In this document: piece after piece, positions 12,601 to 24,417 of the stretch
Layout of the letters: every line of letters starts with the position of its first letter
Position numbering within the stretch: the stretch's first letter is position 1
Assembly: GCA_973895155.1 (NCBI GenBank)
Contig: OZ316899.1
Location: 11,719,775-11,783,774, forward strand
Source of the DNA: Marsupella aquatica
Lineage: Eukaryota > Plantae > Marchantiophyta
DNA: 64,000 nucleotides
Direction: 5' to 3'
Made by a program: the position numbers and the translations under genes
Notes under the pieces: model-generated
Told to the model about the DNA's origin: nothing
The model's database searches: none
What the model saw: the letters and a program-made list of their open reading frames with translations, nothing else

Positions 12601-13873
12601 CTTGCCAGGATTCTAAGTGTTTCTAGTGTATTTCAACCCACCATGTGGTCATGACTACACCAATGTATAGGCCCCGATCTGATACTCAGGTAACAATTCC
12701 TCTTGCACATACTAGCGCCCGGCGCTACTATCAGCATTCGCAATATCTACAATTCACTTATCTTTCGTAAGGATGAATGGTTGACTAGCGCCAAGCGCTA
12801 ATATATATGTCTGTTTTCTTATACTGCCTTCATTGGGAAACTGTGTTGCAGATATTCACACTTACTCTTAATATATTTTGCCGCATTTCGACAAAGGGAA
12901 TTAAGGGTCCCAAAAGACCCCAAGTTCCTGCCACTATCGAATGAAGAAGACCCTTCCGTCACTAACATTATTGGGTTTTCGTTGCCGCGACATGACCCGA
13001 CTCCTGAGCTCCAATTTGCAGGAAATTCACGATTGCCTGTGGGTTTCATGCAAACTATTTTGGAATTGGTGACTCTTCCTAGAGATATCGTTATGGACTG
13101 GACAGTAGGTTCCGGTAGTACGTTTGTGGCTGGAGATTATTCTGGTCGCTTTGTTGTTGGGCTGGAAAATCGGCCAGAGTTTGTTGATACTTCCGGTAAG
13201 GTCTTCCTCGATCTTTTACAGAACAAAGAAGTGGTTGCACCAACTCCTCCTAAGAAGATTCCTGGAAGTAAGAAGCAGGACAGGCTCCGTGCTATTCTAA
13301 ATTTTGATTCGGAAGACGAGGATGAGGGTGGCAATGCTTCTCAGCAATCTAAAGATGATGAGGTGTCAAAGAATGTGGTGGACCTTGGATCTGGAGATGA
13401 GGACAGTGAAGAGTCAGAAGAGTAATTTTCTTTAGCTTTCTTTCTCTCATTGTATACTTTTTTCCAAAGAACTCCTCTACTCCCTTTTGTCTAGAAAATT
13501 CGCCCGATTTCCCGACTTCGACTAAAGAACTCCAGTTCAAATTCTCAGGTCATAGTGGAATCTTTGGAGGCGTTTTCAACTTTGAAGGAATGTCTCTAGG
13601 AACGTTGTACAGACCCCGAAGAAGCCATTTGTTCTCCCCTCTTATGCTGAAAAGGTGGCACGACGGGCAGATTCAGTCAGGACGCTTACTTGGGAGAGTA
13701 AGGGTCTTAGACTCAGGAGAGGCTCAGATAGAAAGTTTGTGCAGAATCACTTTGTAGATGATATTGCAAAATCCAAGTATGTGGACGACGAAGCAGAGTC
13801 CACTGATAGATCAGAAAGTAGCGGTTCTGAATCGGGCTCAGAGTCGAGTGGTGGTTGTGGATCTGGTCTTTAG
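9661..13873 (+). pseudogene. ParB/Srx-like domain plus beta-class N6A/N4C DNA methyltransferase-fold gene, copy 1 (5 predicted exons)
   Basis: Exons about 9661-10373, 10501-11833, 11968-12689, 12852-13421, 13549-13873, with GT-AG introns. FCVFDGNHRLYSW (ParB-like); GVDAGFIYIPTG, FLADDGLLAILH and LPVGFMQTILELVTLPRDIVMDWTVGSGSTFVAGDYSGRFVVGLE (MTase motifs IV, VI, X-I-II). Stops at 9973 and 12624 plus frameshifts. Confidence 0.8.
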
Positions 13874-15221
13874 TTTTCCTTGTTTTATTTACCCGTTTAT
13901 GGAGAACGACGACACTCAATAAGAACGCCGTGACGTGTCGGATTAGAGTAGCGCCCGACGCTATTACTGTAGCCGGTAGTTCAAAGAGGTTTTTATTTGG
14001 TTGTTTTCCTTATAGCGCTCGGCGCTAGTATAAATGTACTCAATGGCCGCTTCACGTCCAATATATGTGACAATATTTTCATACCCTTCGGTGTCTTTTT
14101 TGGGTGCACATTTGCTGGTATGAGTTTTGCTGTTTGCTGTTTGTTGTTTACTGTTTGCTGTTTGCTGTTTGCTGTCACGGAGAGATCCCCCGATCTTGGA
14201 GATGGTGATACACCAGTGAAAGACAAATCTTGATCAAGTGCATTCAATCTCAGAGGGGGTCTTCAAGATGGTGAACCTTCTTGGACGAATACACCCGAGT
14301 CTACATCATCCCAATTTTGGGAGGATCGAGGAGCTGCTTATACTCCACCAAAGGAGACACCTCAATCAAAGGCATTCCTTCTCAGAGAGGGTCTTTGAGA
14401 AGGCAATTCAGTATGGAAGGATGAGTTCCTTGTTACAGTGTTGTTCATGCCATGCTACACGGGAAAGGGACCTCTCGATGTGTACAAGCTGCTCGTAAGA
14501 TTTTGAGCACAAAATTGCTGGAGAGAGTTCAATGATTGCCAGAAGTGTATGATGGAGACAATGTTTTTGAGTTGCCACCTTTTACAGGTCCATACTCAAA
14601 GGGGTGTTTCTTTTTGGGCATGGAGCGAAAGAATGATTGTTACATGTGGAGCAGGTTGATTGAGACAGGAGCAAATATCGGCCCAAAGCTAAACAACAAC
14701 AGTCACTCTTACAAGATCCAAACTGTGAAGTGTTTGGGTTCTCTACGTTGTATGCATAGGGATTGTGAGAATTTTGAAGAGCGCAAAGAGCACAATTCTG
14801 CAAAGTGGACCCGAGATCGAGCAGGCACAAATGAGCTACCTTTCCCTGTTGGACGCGATGTTCCCCCATCAAGTGTAATTTGTAGCTTCTGCAGGAGGCC
14901 TCCTAGGTGTATAGTTGGATGCCCAAGTGAGATGTACTACATCACTCCAACCAAGGACGACCTTAATTACTGTCACAAGTCTCGTGTTGCCATGCATGTT
15001 GGAAATCACACCCATCCTGCAATGTTCACGCACAAGAAAGATCAACGATCACTTGTGCGTAATCTCATGGAGGAGGAACTGAAGAGGAGTCCTACCGCAC
15101 GGCCGTCTGTGATCAAGGTCAAAGCAGTACAGAAACTCAAAGATATTTTTGAGGACCCAGTGGCTGAGATGGTCACCACTGAGGAGGCAAACGACCTTGA
15201 TGAAATGTTGGCCATTCTGGG

Positions 15222-17669
15222 TGTGACGCCAATGACGTGGTCCTTATTTTGTAATCTGATTAAGTAGGTTGCTGTATGCAAGGAGTAGCTATTGATATTG
15301 CATAACAATTAGCAAGATGGCAAGAATAAGGGCAATCATGGCGTTAAGAGTAGGGAAATAAAAGCTATGTCGCGGGTGGTCGACGACCATATCTCTTTCA
15401 ATATGTCACCAAATCCGGATCTGTAAAGAGCATTGGAAAGATCTGGTCAAGGCGAGTAAAATCGATATAAAACACTCGAGAAACGGAGGTGTATTAAGAA
15501 AGATACGGCCTGATTAGTGTGACGGGTTAACTTGTGGCCGGAATTAACGGATTCGGCTTCAGTTTCGGGTTAACCACGGCTTAGCTTATGTGAGCACGGC
15601 TTCAGCTTAGCTCAGGTCAGCACGGCTTCAACTTAGCTTAGGTAAGCACGGCTTCAGCTTAGCTCAGGTAAGAACGGCTTCAGCTTAGCTCAGGTCAGCA
15701 CGGCTTCAGCTTAGCTCAGGTCAACACGGCTTCAGCTTAGCTCAGGTCAGCGCGGCCTCAGGTTAGCATAGGTAAGCTCGGATTCGGGCTCAGCTTAGGC
15801 TAGGTTAGCGGATAGCGGATAGCGGGTAGCGGCCTAACCCGAGACCACGGGTTAGCTCTACTCGGGTTAGATAGGATAGCTAGGTTAGCCAAATTCGGGT
15901 TAGCTATGTAACTCGGGTTAGCGCAGCAGTGAGTACCCCCTCTCGGTTGCGGGGGCATAACTCTCTGTGTATTTGACCAAATCGGCTATAATTGACCTCG
16001 TTGGAAAGAGGAGCTCAAGCCGCTTCCAACGCTGCTATCCACGCAGAAAATGGTTAAATAGAGAAATCGGGAGAGGAGGCGCAAGCTTGCAAAAACTATG
16101 GAGGAGGGCCGAATCCGAAGTACATAGCCAATTCGAGATAGAAATAAAGTTGCGAGTTAGGGTTCAGTAGTTAGAGATAGTGGCGGCTCTGTTAGGGCTG
16201 GGATGGGGCTCCAGCAGCGTAGTATCCACCCATTTGGGCTCAGTATGAGAGTATATAGAGCAGCCCCCGGTAGAGGCAAAGGGGGGGGGGACTTCAGTTG
16301 TGTGATCTCACTTAGACTGAGCAGCGGGGAGGAGCTCTGTGCAAGCAAGGCTGGACTTGGACGCTGCGTGTTGGGGAGAGCTTGGTTGTGCTATTACTCA
16401 GGGAGTAATCAGCCAAGCTTCACAGCAACGGGTTGCTAGGTTTGCGAGCTGGATTGTGGCTCTTTCTAGTGGGCAGCACAACTGGGTTCTTTTCCCCCGA
16501 TACAGAGCCTTGGTGATAGGTGATGTATTGGTGATTGTAAACTGTGGGGAGGATTTCAATTCGATTTGCGGTGGGCACATTAGGGAGGCTGAGGTATTGA
16601 TTAAGGGGCAGCAGGAGGAGCATTTACAGTTCAGTCTGGCAAGGCTACGTGATCCATGGGGAGTCCCGGCCTTTGTCTGGTGGAGAGCACTAAGGGATCT
16701 ATGGCCAGAGCTGAGCTTGCAGGGCAAGCATGAGGCCGGGCCTCATTGCAGTCTGGGGTAGATCGTCGTTAGGCCTGGTACCAGCTTTGAAGTCGAGTCA
16801 ACTATGCATGCGTAACTTGACGTTCTGAATTGGAGGTGTGAGATCTGTATGTGCCCCCAAGAATGAAGTGCAGTGAAGGAGGTTGAGTTCAGGATTGAGT
16901 TTGCAAGGCAAGTACGGGATTGGTTCGAGTCCAATCTGCCGTCGCAATCTGGAGTGAGCCGGGCTCAGGTTCAGGATTGAGCTTGCATGGCAAGCACGGG
17001 GCTTGCAGGGCAAGCACGTCACAATCTGGAGGAGACAGCCTTCGGCCCTAGTATTTGGATCAAGTGTTCTCAGTGAACTATTGTGCACATCTTTGAATCT
17101 AATTGAGTTTTCCTCTCAGGCCTCATTTCTCTCATGGATGTGTGTGTGTGTGAGGCAATCTGAGTGTATGATGGAACTAGCAGCGCCACTGAGAGGTGTA
17201 CCGGGTGCATTGAAGTGGGCTGGGTGAGGACTGTCATAGCTCTGATTGTTGAGAGTGGAATGGCAGAGTGGTGGGGCAATGGCTTAGAAGTCCCTAAGCC
17301 GGGAATCAGTCAGGAGTCACTGGTTTATGGGTACATTCCGGCGGCGGAATAGAAACATACCTATGACAGTAAGCATATGTATAGACCTATTGCGCACCGT
17401 AGTGCTAGGCCCTGTGTGTACGGGCCTGATATGAAGACCCCTTCTCACCAGAACTATCACGAGCGCAGATCTGATCCCCAACCTTGGTTCCTTGGGATTG
17501 AGCTTGGGTGATGTGTGATAGAGTCTTGCTATGATAGTCTGGTGTTAAGGGCATAAACTGGTGTTTATCGGCATTCACAACATCCCTTCGTGATCCTCAG
17601 GTACAAGGAGATGGTTTTGGCACCCATAGTGACATTTTTGGTGTTAAGACCCATGTCAATCGCGTGACA
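15222..17669. mobile_element. Solo LTR family D (2448 bp)
   Basis: TGTGACGC..GCGTGACA termini; TSD CTGGG at 15217-15221 and 17670-17674; removal restores the transposase frame. Confidence 0.9.
15595..15776. repeat. 26-bp minisatellite, 7 copies, inside LTR D
   Basis: Unit CACGGCTTCAGCTTAGCTCAGGTCAG at 15595, 15621, 15647, 15673, 15699, 15725, 15751. Confidence 0.9.
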
Positions 17670-20030
17670 CTGGGCAACAAATCTGTTTTCCGCTCAATGA
17701 TTAAGAGCATCAAGAGATACTCTCATGTGTCATCTGATGTAAGCATGATACTAGAGATGCGGAAGCAACCTGCATTTCCTTTTATCCAAAGTGTTTTGTT
17801 CCTAGCCCAGAACATGGGATTAAATGAGCGGCCGCACATTTTTAAAATGAGTACAGAAGGTCCGGGTCAGGAGTGGACCTTGTTCGAAGAATGTAGCCAG
17901 GAGGGGATCTTGAGCATTCTTGGGTGATGTCTGATGTCATGCACCGCATACTTGACAACAGATGGTGCACTATGTCTGCACACGTATATGACCATTTCTA
18001 TCGAGGCTTATGCACAATCTTTGTCTGTGAGCTAGTTTCAGAAGACAGCAAGTCATTGCAAACTGCATGGAAGGTCATGAGGAGGGTATGTGAAGAACAT
18101 GGGCTGAAGAATGTGCAGTTATGTGGATTTATGGCTGATAATGCTGCTGCTGGGTGGAATGCGATCCGCAATGAATTTTGGGATGGAAAGGTAAATTCCC
18201 ATAGAGAGAGGTCTGATGCATTTCACTGGGCCCAATCAGTACAAAGAATGCAGAAGCACATTGTCCCAAGTAAGAGATTCAAGCATAAAGAATTGTTGGA
18301 TTCACTTCGGCACGCCGGTAATATAGTTCTTGCCTATCAAGTTTTTGAGAAGCTGAAAACGTGGTGGAATGAGGGCAATGCGCTACCAGGAAAAGCAAAG
18401 GAGCTCACCACGTGGATGTCTTGGTGGATTGTTTGGTTTTCTCAGTGGGGGAACTTTTTGAGACTCGTAAGTGTCTTAACGCTTTCCCTCTCTATGCATG
18501 ATATCCGTCAACACGTCGGATCTCGGCAAAGCTCTCCAAGATACGCTCTGATACACCTATTTTGTGTGTTGCCTAGAACATAAAAAATGATCAAAATTGA
18601 TATGTTTTCTGGAACAATATTGCAAGAGATGGACAGAGAAAAGGCAGCACTCATGCCTAACCACAGCGGGGCAGAGTCGATACATGCATCTATGCGTAAA
18701 TCCTCATCTAGTACAAAGGTTGGGTTAGTACAATCTTGTACCCTGGATGCATCTCGCGCGTTGAGCCAAAATGGAGCTTTGAAGAACTACAAACTCAGTG
18801 GGAGGAAAGGACGGGGATCGAGCTTGTTTGAAGTTCAACTTCGAGATGCTACTGCCGTTGGGAATGTAGAATCTTTCTTTCCAAAATTGAACACCGCTGT
18901 AACTCAACCACACTTGCGTGAGTTCTCTCCGCGGACCCACTTAGCGGAGATGTAGAAACGGTTCCGATGAAATGCAAGAAGGCCACTGCTGGCCATCATG
19001 TTGTAGTAGAAGATTCCCATCGGCCTGACATTGTTTTGGTAACCAGTCCAAAGAAGAGGAAGTTCAGGGGGATTGCAAATAGGGACGCAAACTTGAAAAG
19101 CCAGGATGCTGAAGTTGTGGATCTATCGTCCGATGGCTCTCATGGCTCGAGCGAACCAGATGTTGTCATTGTGGAAACCCAAAAGACGAGGTCAACCCCA
19201 CGTCCGGAGCCCGTGAGAAGACGTGTTCAGGAAAGTGATTTGGTTCCAGGCATGTTCTTTTTGGCTCGCATCTCAACGATTGGTAAGAGTCCGGGTTGTC
19301 AAGGTGCATTCAAAGGCAAGGAACGGGGAGTATGTGCTCAATTTATCAGAGAAGCAGGACTAAAAGTAAGCGGATTAGGCATTGTCGATATCTGTTGGCT
19401 GGCTGGGAGTAAATTTAACGAACCAGGTGTTCCATATCTGTATTGGTTTTGCCCAAACAACCAGTGTTGCACAAAATCATCTTTGCCATTTATTACCGAT
19501 GTTTTACCACCACTGCCTTCAAAGTTTCCTGTCTCTTGTGGAACTAATCTTACATAAGAAGAGGTCCTGTACTTGCACAACAATGGAGTGGACGTCATTT
19601 TTGGTGAAGATGTTATGAATGAATTGGTGAGTGTTGGCGACATCATAATGGATTTGAACACATACCCTGAGCGGATAGATCCTACAATGCTTGATGAGCG
19701 TGGTACTCGACGTAATGGCCAGGCAAGGTGAAGGAGGTCAGACACCTCCAAGTATGCTGCCACACGTATCCGTAATGCTAAGACCGAGGCAATTGTGTGC
19801 ACATCAATGAGGAGAATCAAAACAGGGAATACTACAGGCGTGAGGCTCATGGTGAGCAACACTTGCAGGGGTCGAACTTCAATACATTGCGTACAGATCT
19901 GTGTCTTCCCAACTAAGTTGCTCCTGCAAGGATTTCATGTACAGGGAGTCTATGGGAAGAGCCTACTTCCCGTGCAAGCACTTGTACTGGTGCTTTGCAA
20001 ACATCTTGAAAAGGAATATCGACACGGATC

Positions 20031-21075
20031 AATGTGTTAACCAACCAATCTTGACTCTAACTGAGGTCAGCAACATTGTATCAAATGCGGGTATTGTTTG
20101 ATCTCGGCGACCTCCGCCGACATGAACAGGTTTCCTTCCTCATTGTATCTTGGAGACCCTCGCCGATATTGTATTTCAGAGACCCTTGCCGATATTTACC
20201 AAATATCCTAATAGGGTCACCTGTTTTGGGCCTAGGGCTTAGGGTTTAGGAAAAATGACCATTTTATGTGACCGATATTATGTATCAACAGTTCCTATGA
20301 ATGGATGAATGTGTTAACCAACCAATCTTGACTCTGAGGTCGGCAACCTTGTATCAAATGTTGGTATTGTCTGATCTCGGCGACCTCCACCGACATGAAC
20401 AGGTTTCCTTCCTCATTGTATCTTGGAGACCCTCGCCGACATTTACCAAATAGCCAAATAGGGTCACCTGTTTTGGGCCTAGGGTTTAGGGTTTAGAAAA
20501 AATGACCTTTTATGTGACCGATATTATGTATCAACGGTTCCTATGAATGGATGAATGTATTAACCAACCAATCTTGACTCTGAGGTTGGCAACCTTGTAT
20601 CAAATGCCGGTATTGTCTGATCTCGGTGACCTCCGCCGACATGAACAGGTTTCTTTCCTCATTGTATCTTGAAGACCCTCGCCGACATTGTATTTCGGAG
20701 ACCCTTGTCGACATTGTATTTTGGAGACCCTCATCGTCATTGTATTTTGGAGACCCTTGCCGACATTTACCAAACAGCTGAATAGGGTCATCTGTGTTGG
20801 GCCTAGGGTTTAGGGTTTAGGAAAAATGACCAACCAATCTTGACTCTGAGGTTGGCAAACTTGTATCAAATGTCGGTATTGTCTGATCTGGGCGACCTCC
20901 GCCGACTTGAACAAGTTTCCTTCCTCATTGTATCTTGGAGACCCTCGCCGACATTGTATTTTGGAGACCCTCGCCGACATTTACCAAACAGCCAAATAGG
21001 GTCACCTGTTTTGGGCCTAGGGTTTAGGGTTTAGGAAAAATGATCGTTTTATGTGACCGATATTATGTATCCGTT
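20031..21075. repeat. Tandem array of 4 units (~245-277 bp) with 26-bp subrepeats and telomere-type TTTAGGG
   Basis: Units start at about 20031, 20308, 20553 and 20829 (CCAACCAATCTTGACTCT..). Each has GGAGACCCT(C/T)GCCGA subrepeats and CTAGGG(T/C)TTAGGGTTTAG. Confidence 0.9.
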
Positions 21076-21183
21076 GTTCTGGTCGGTTTAGTGTTTAGGG
21101 TTTGCTATCGACAGGGTCACATTAGGAGGGTAGAGCATTGGCCCGCTCTCAGATTAGGCATGTTTCTTTGTTACAAACTTACT

Positions 21184-21846
21184 ATGGATTGCGGCGCAGG
21201 CGAACGTGAGCTTTTGATTGGTAGGACACAACAAAAGCTTAGATTGGAATTGCGGACGCTTCTGGCTAGTAAGGAACAAGACCGTGCTTGCATTTGGAAT
21301 CCTTGTTATCCCCTATGATGTCACCCTCTAGTGAGTAACTTGATTCCAGGGTTGCCTGATGATGTTGTGGAGTTGCACATCTGGCCCTGGATTTTGTCAA
21401 TGCTCGAAGGTGTCGCAGTTTTGGATCTAGTTCGGGATGGTCATCATCCAGTGAAGACTCTCTTCTTGACAGTGCGATTAGTTGCTCATATCAACAGGAA
21501 ATGGAGACATTTGATAAAAAACTCCATACTATGGGCTGCAATGACTACAGCTATAGCATTTTGTCGCATAAGATGGCCTACAGTGACCCCTTTGTTCTTT
21601 CAAGATTCAGTGAGAGCGTTCCCACCAATCGATGTTTGGAGTCGGTTGTCTGATAGTATCTTAAATGGAAGGATTGATTCTTGGTTGTTATGTGCTTCAG
21701 AGGAAGTGGACTTCTACCTCTCAATATATGGTGTTGAGCAAGCGCGAGTAGAGTATTGGAAAAGGACTTGTGTTGATAACTGGTACATTGAACAGGTTCA
21801 AGAAAGACTTGATAATGGTGTTCTTGTTAATCCTGACAATTTTTAG
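21184..21846 (+). pseudogene. F-box-like protein 1
   Basis: SNLIPGLPDDVVELHIWP resembles the F-box start of plant F-box/kelch proteins; in-frame stop at 21316; no kelch repeats seen. Confidence 0.55.
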
Positions 21847-22448
21847 CGGCATCGACTAAGCACCAATGTGAAAGTTGTTTGCCCACATTGAATGCCATGT
21901 CAAATATCAGCCTGCATTAGATTGATCTAGTGTCATCTCGTCATAATTTTAGCGTAATAGACCAATTAGAACAATTTTGTACAAAAAATTTTGAACAGTA
22001 AAAGTTTGGACGTTTTTTGAGCGGAATCTTAGTGCGGTGTTCTCGTTATGTTAGTGACCTCTTCAACATACATAGCAATACACAATTGTCCTTCTCATGT
22101 TGGCGAGAGTCTCTGAGATGTGTCTTGGAGAGGTTGTTTACCATCACTTGTGTCCTTGTGAAGTCGGCCAGAGTCTCTGAGATAAGTCTACTATATTGTG
22201 TTGACAAATTGGCGGGCACAATCCGCAAAATCTCATAGACCCTCTCTGAGATGGATAACATATAAGAGACCCCGTAATATATCAAATAGTCACATAATAT
22301 TTAGACAATGTTTTTTTAGTTCATCTGCTCCTAGCAATAAAACCATAAGTTTTGGGCAAAATGTGTGAGGTCAATCATCCATATCACTATTCACTCTTTG
22401 GTTGCCTTATCATGGAGGTCTCCACTTGACACTATTCTCTTGTTCAAC

Positions 22449-23170
22449 ATGGAAGGATCCATTGCACAGAGGTGTTATCATGAGAAGTGCGCTGCACGGC
22501 TTGAGAAGTTAAGGACGACCATTACTGAGCTAAAATTGATAGCTCTTTCTGATAAGTTATCAATACGGAGTTATCCCGGGAGTTTTGGGGGGGAGCCTAT
22601 GCGTTATCCATTGCGTAGTCAGGAAGCTCGAAAGCAGAGTCTCATCCCTGGCCTCCCGGATGATCTGACGGAGGGACACATTTGGCCTCTACTTCAAAAT
22701 AGATTTGAATGTGCAAATGCTCATGGCAGAGATGATAATGCTACATTCAACGCAATCAACAACATGCATGTATTGTCAAGAGTTAGTAGGAGATTCCTAA
22801 TGACTCACTCGAAGGGATAGGCAGCCATGAAAGTGTTGCTGGACATTGTTGAAAACATATCTGAAAATCGACATTGGACTTGACACTCAACCGCGTCCAC
22901 GTTTTGAGTCCTCTTGCATCAATTCCTCCTATTGATGCCCTTGCGATGATGTTACCTATATCATTGAAGTCTTGGGTGGCATATTATGTCTGGAGGACAC
23001 AGAGATATGAGAGGGATCTGTATGACAGTTTCTTTGACGAGGATGAGCTTGGAAGGGTCAAGCTATGGGTGGAGAACAGGCTACACACATTGTTGTGGTG
23101 TGATGATGTAGCGAGTTGGGAGAGCAACAATCCCGATAGTGGGTACGGGCTTCATAGTGATGACATTTGA
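22449..23170 (+). pseudogene. F-box-like protein 2 (paralog of 21184-21846)
   Basis: YPLR..SLIPGLPDDLTEGHIWP..LSRVSRRF; later IPPID echoes FPPID of copy 1; stop at 22818. Confidence 0.55.
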
Positions 23171-23346
23171 TCATTTAGGGTTTAGGTTGACCGCCATTGT
23201 TGGTTTAGGTTTAGTTTAGAAGAATTTATCCTCACCCCTGGTAGTTTTGGTTCAGATTTTGTAACATGGACAAATTTTGTACGAGTTTGTGATTAATAAA
23301 TTACTTGACATTTGCACGACAAACATGTTTGGCACAGTGTTTTTTC

Positions 23347-23890
23347 AATGTCGGCTACCTCGCTGACATGCAAACTCAGCTTGGGTCTTTGAGATGAATC
23401 TTGGTAAGATCTTGGCGGCCTTCTCCGAGATATACTGGCATACGTCAAATCGCTGGATGTACGCCAGATCGCCAATGTCGACCACCTTGTCGACATGCAA
23501 AACTCGGCGAGGGTCTCTGAGATGAATCTTGGTCAGATCTTGGCGGCCTTCTCAGAGATATACTAGTGTACGTCAAATTGCTGGACGTACGTCAGATCGC
23601 CAATGTCGACCACCTCGCCGACATGCAAAACTCGACGAGGGTCTCTGAGATGAATCTTGGTCAGATCTCGGCGGCCTTCTCTGAGATATACTGGCGTACG
23701 TCAAATTGTTGGATGTACGTCAGATCGCCAATGTCGACCACCTCGCCGACATGCAAAACTTGGCGAGGGTCCGTGAGATGATTTCACGGCCAGATCTCTG
23801 CGGCCTTCTCTGAGATATGCTGGTGTACGTCAAATTGCTGGACGTACGTCAGATCGCCAATGACATGCAAAACTTGGCGAGGGTCTCTGA
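23347..23890. repeat. 128-bp tandem repeat, about 4.2 copies
   Basis: Unit AATGTCGACCACCTCGCCGACATGCAAAACTCGGCGAGGGTCTCTGAGA.. at about 23347, 23474, 23602, 23730 and 23858 (partial). Confidence 0.9.
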
Positions 23891-24417
23891 CACATTTTGT
23901 GGTTTTGGGCAGACAACTTAGTTTTGAGCACGCAGCTTAGTGAAGTTGGCGACCCTCGCCGAGATCTTTTCCCAACACAAAACAGCCAAGCGTAGCGTCT
24001 AACCCGCCAAGGAGAGACAATGTATGAAGTTTCCAAAACAATTATAGTAAAGATCAAGTTGGCGGTCTCGCTGACATTCTATTTTGGTTGCATTAATGTG
24101 TACGGAAAGGACATATTGGGTCTGCTTGAATGATTTTATGATGTTGGCAAGTTTGCCGACATATCCTTGCCAATGTCAGAGACCTTGCCCACATCCCCTC
24201 ACTGTGGACCCTTCACTGATATCAGTGACTGATATCAGTTATCAGTCATTGATAATTGATGATGTTACCTATCTCTCCTATTGCCATGCTCTAAAAATAG
24301 GTAACAGCGACGGCCTATCTATGAAGTAGCACAGGATTGCACAATACAGTTGCCTAATATTACTTGCATCTTCCTCCATGCTCCATTCAACACTAGAAGA
24401 AACTGAGCTATTTTGAG

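Larger units (their letters stand above)
14200..20101 (+). pseudogene. MULE transposase 2 (GCM-like Zn domain, MULE core, SWIM), split by a solo LTR
   Basis: KCLGSLRC..C..ICSFC..C..HVGNHTHP (14536-15221); frame resumes at 17675 after LTR removal (..MLAILG|NKSVF..); GFMADNAAAGWNAI..RERSDAFHW core; probable intron ~18467-18627; SWIM CSCKDF..PCKHLYW. Start approximate; several stops. Confidence 0.85.

Noticed and set aside
9661-13873. Bacterial or phage contamination explaining the ParB-MTase
   Set aside because: Both copies have conserved GT-AG introns and are interleaved with plant transposons.
15967-17352. Protein-coding genes within LTR D
   Set aside because: Short ORFs with no recognisable motifs and no homology to the A/B/C accessory ORFs.
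20232-21035. True telomere or interstitial telomere array
   Set aside because: Only 2-3 TTTAGGG units per site, embedded in a larger repeat unit.
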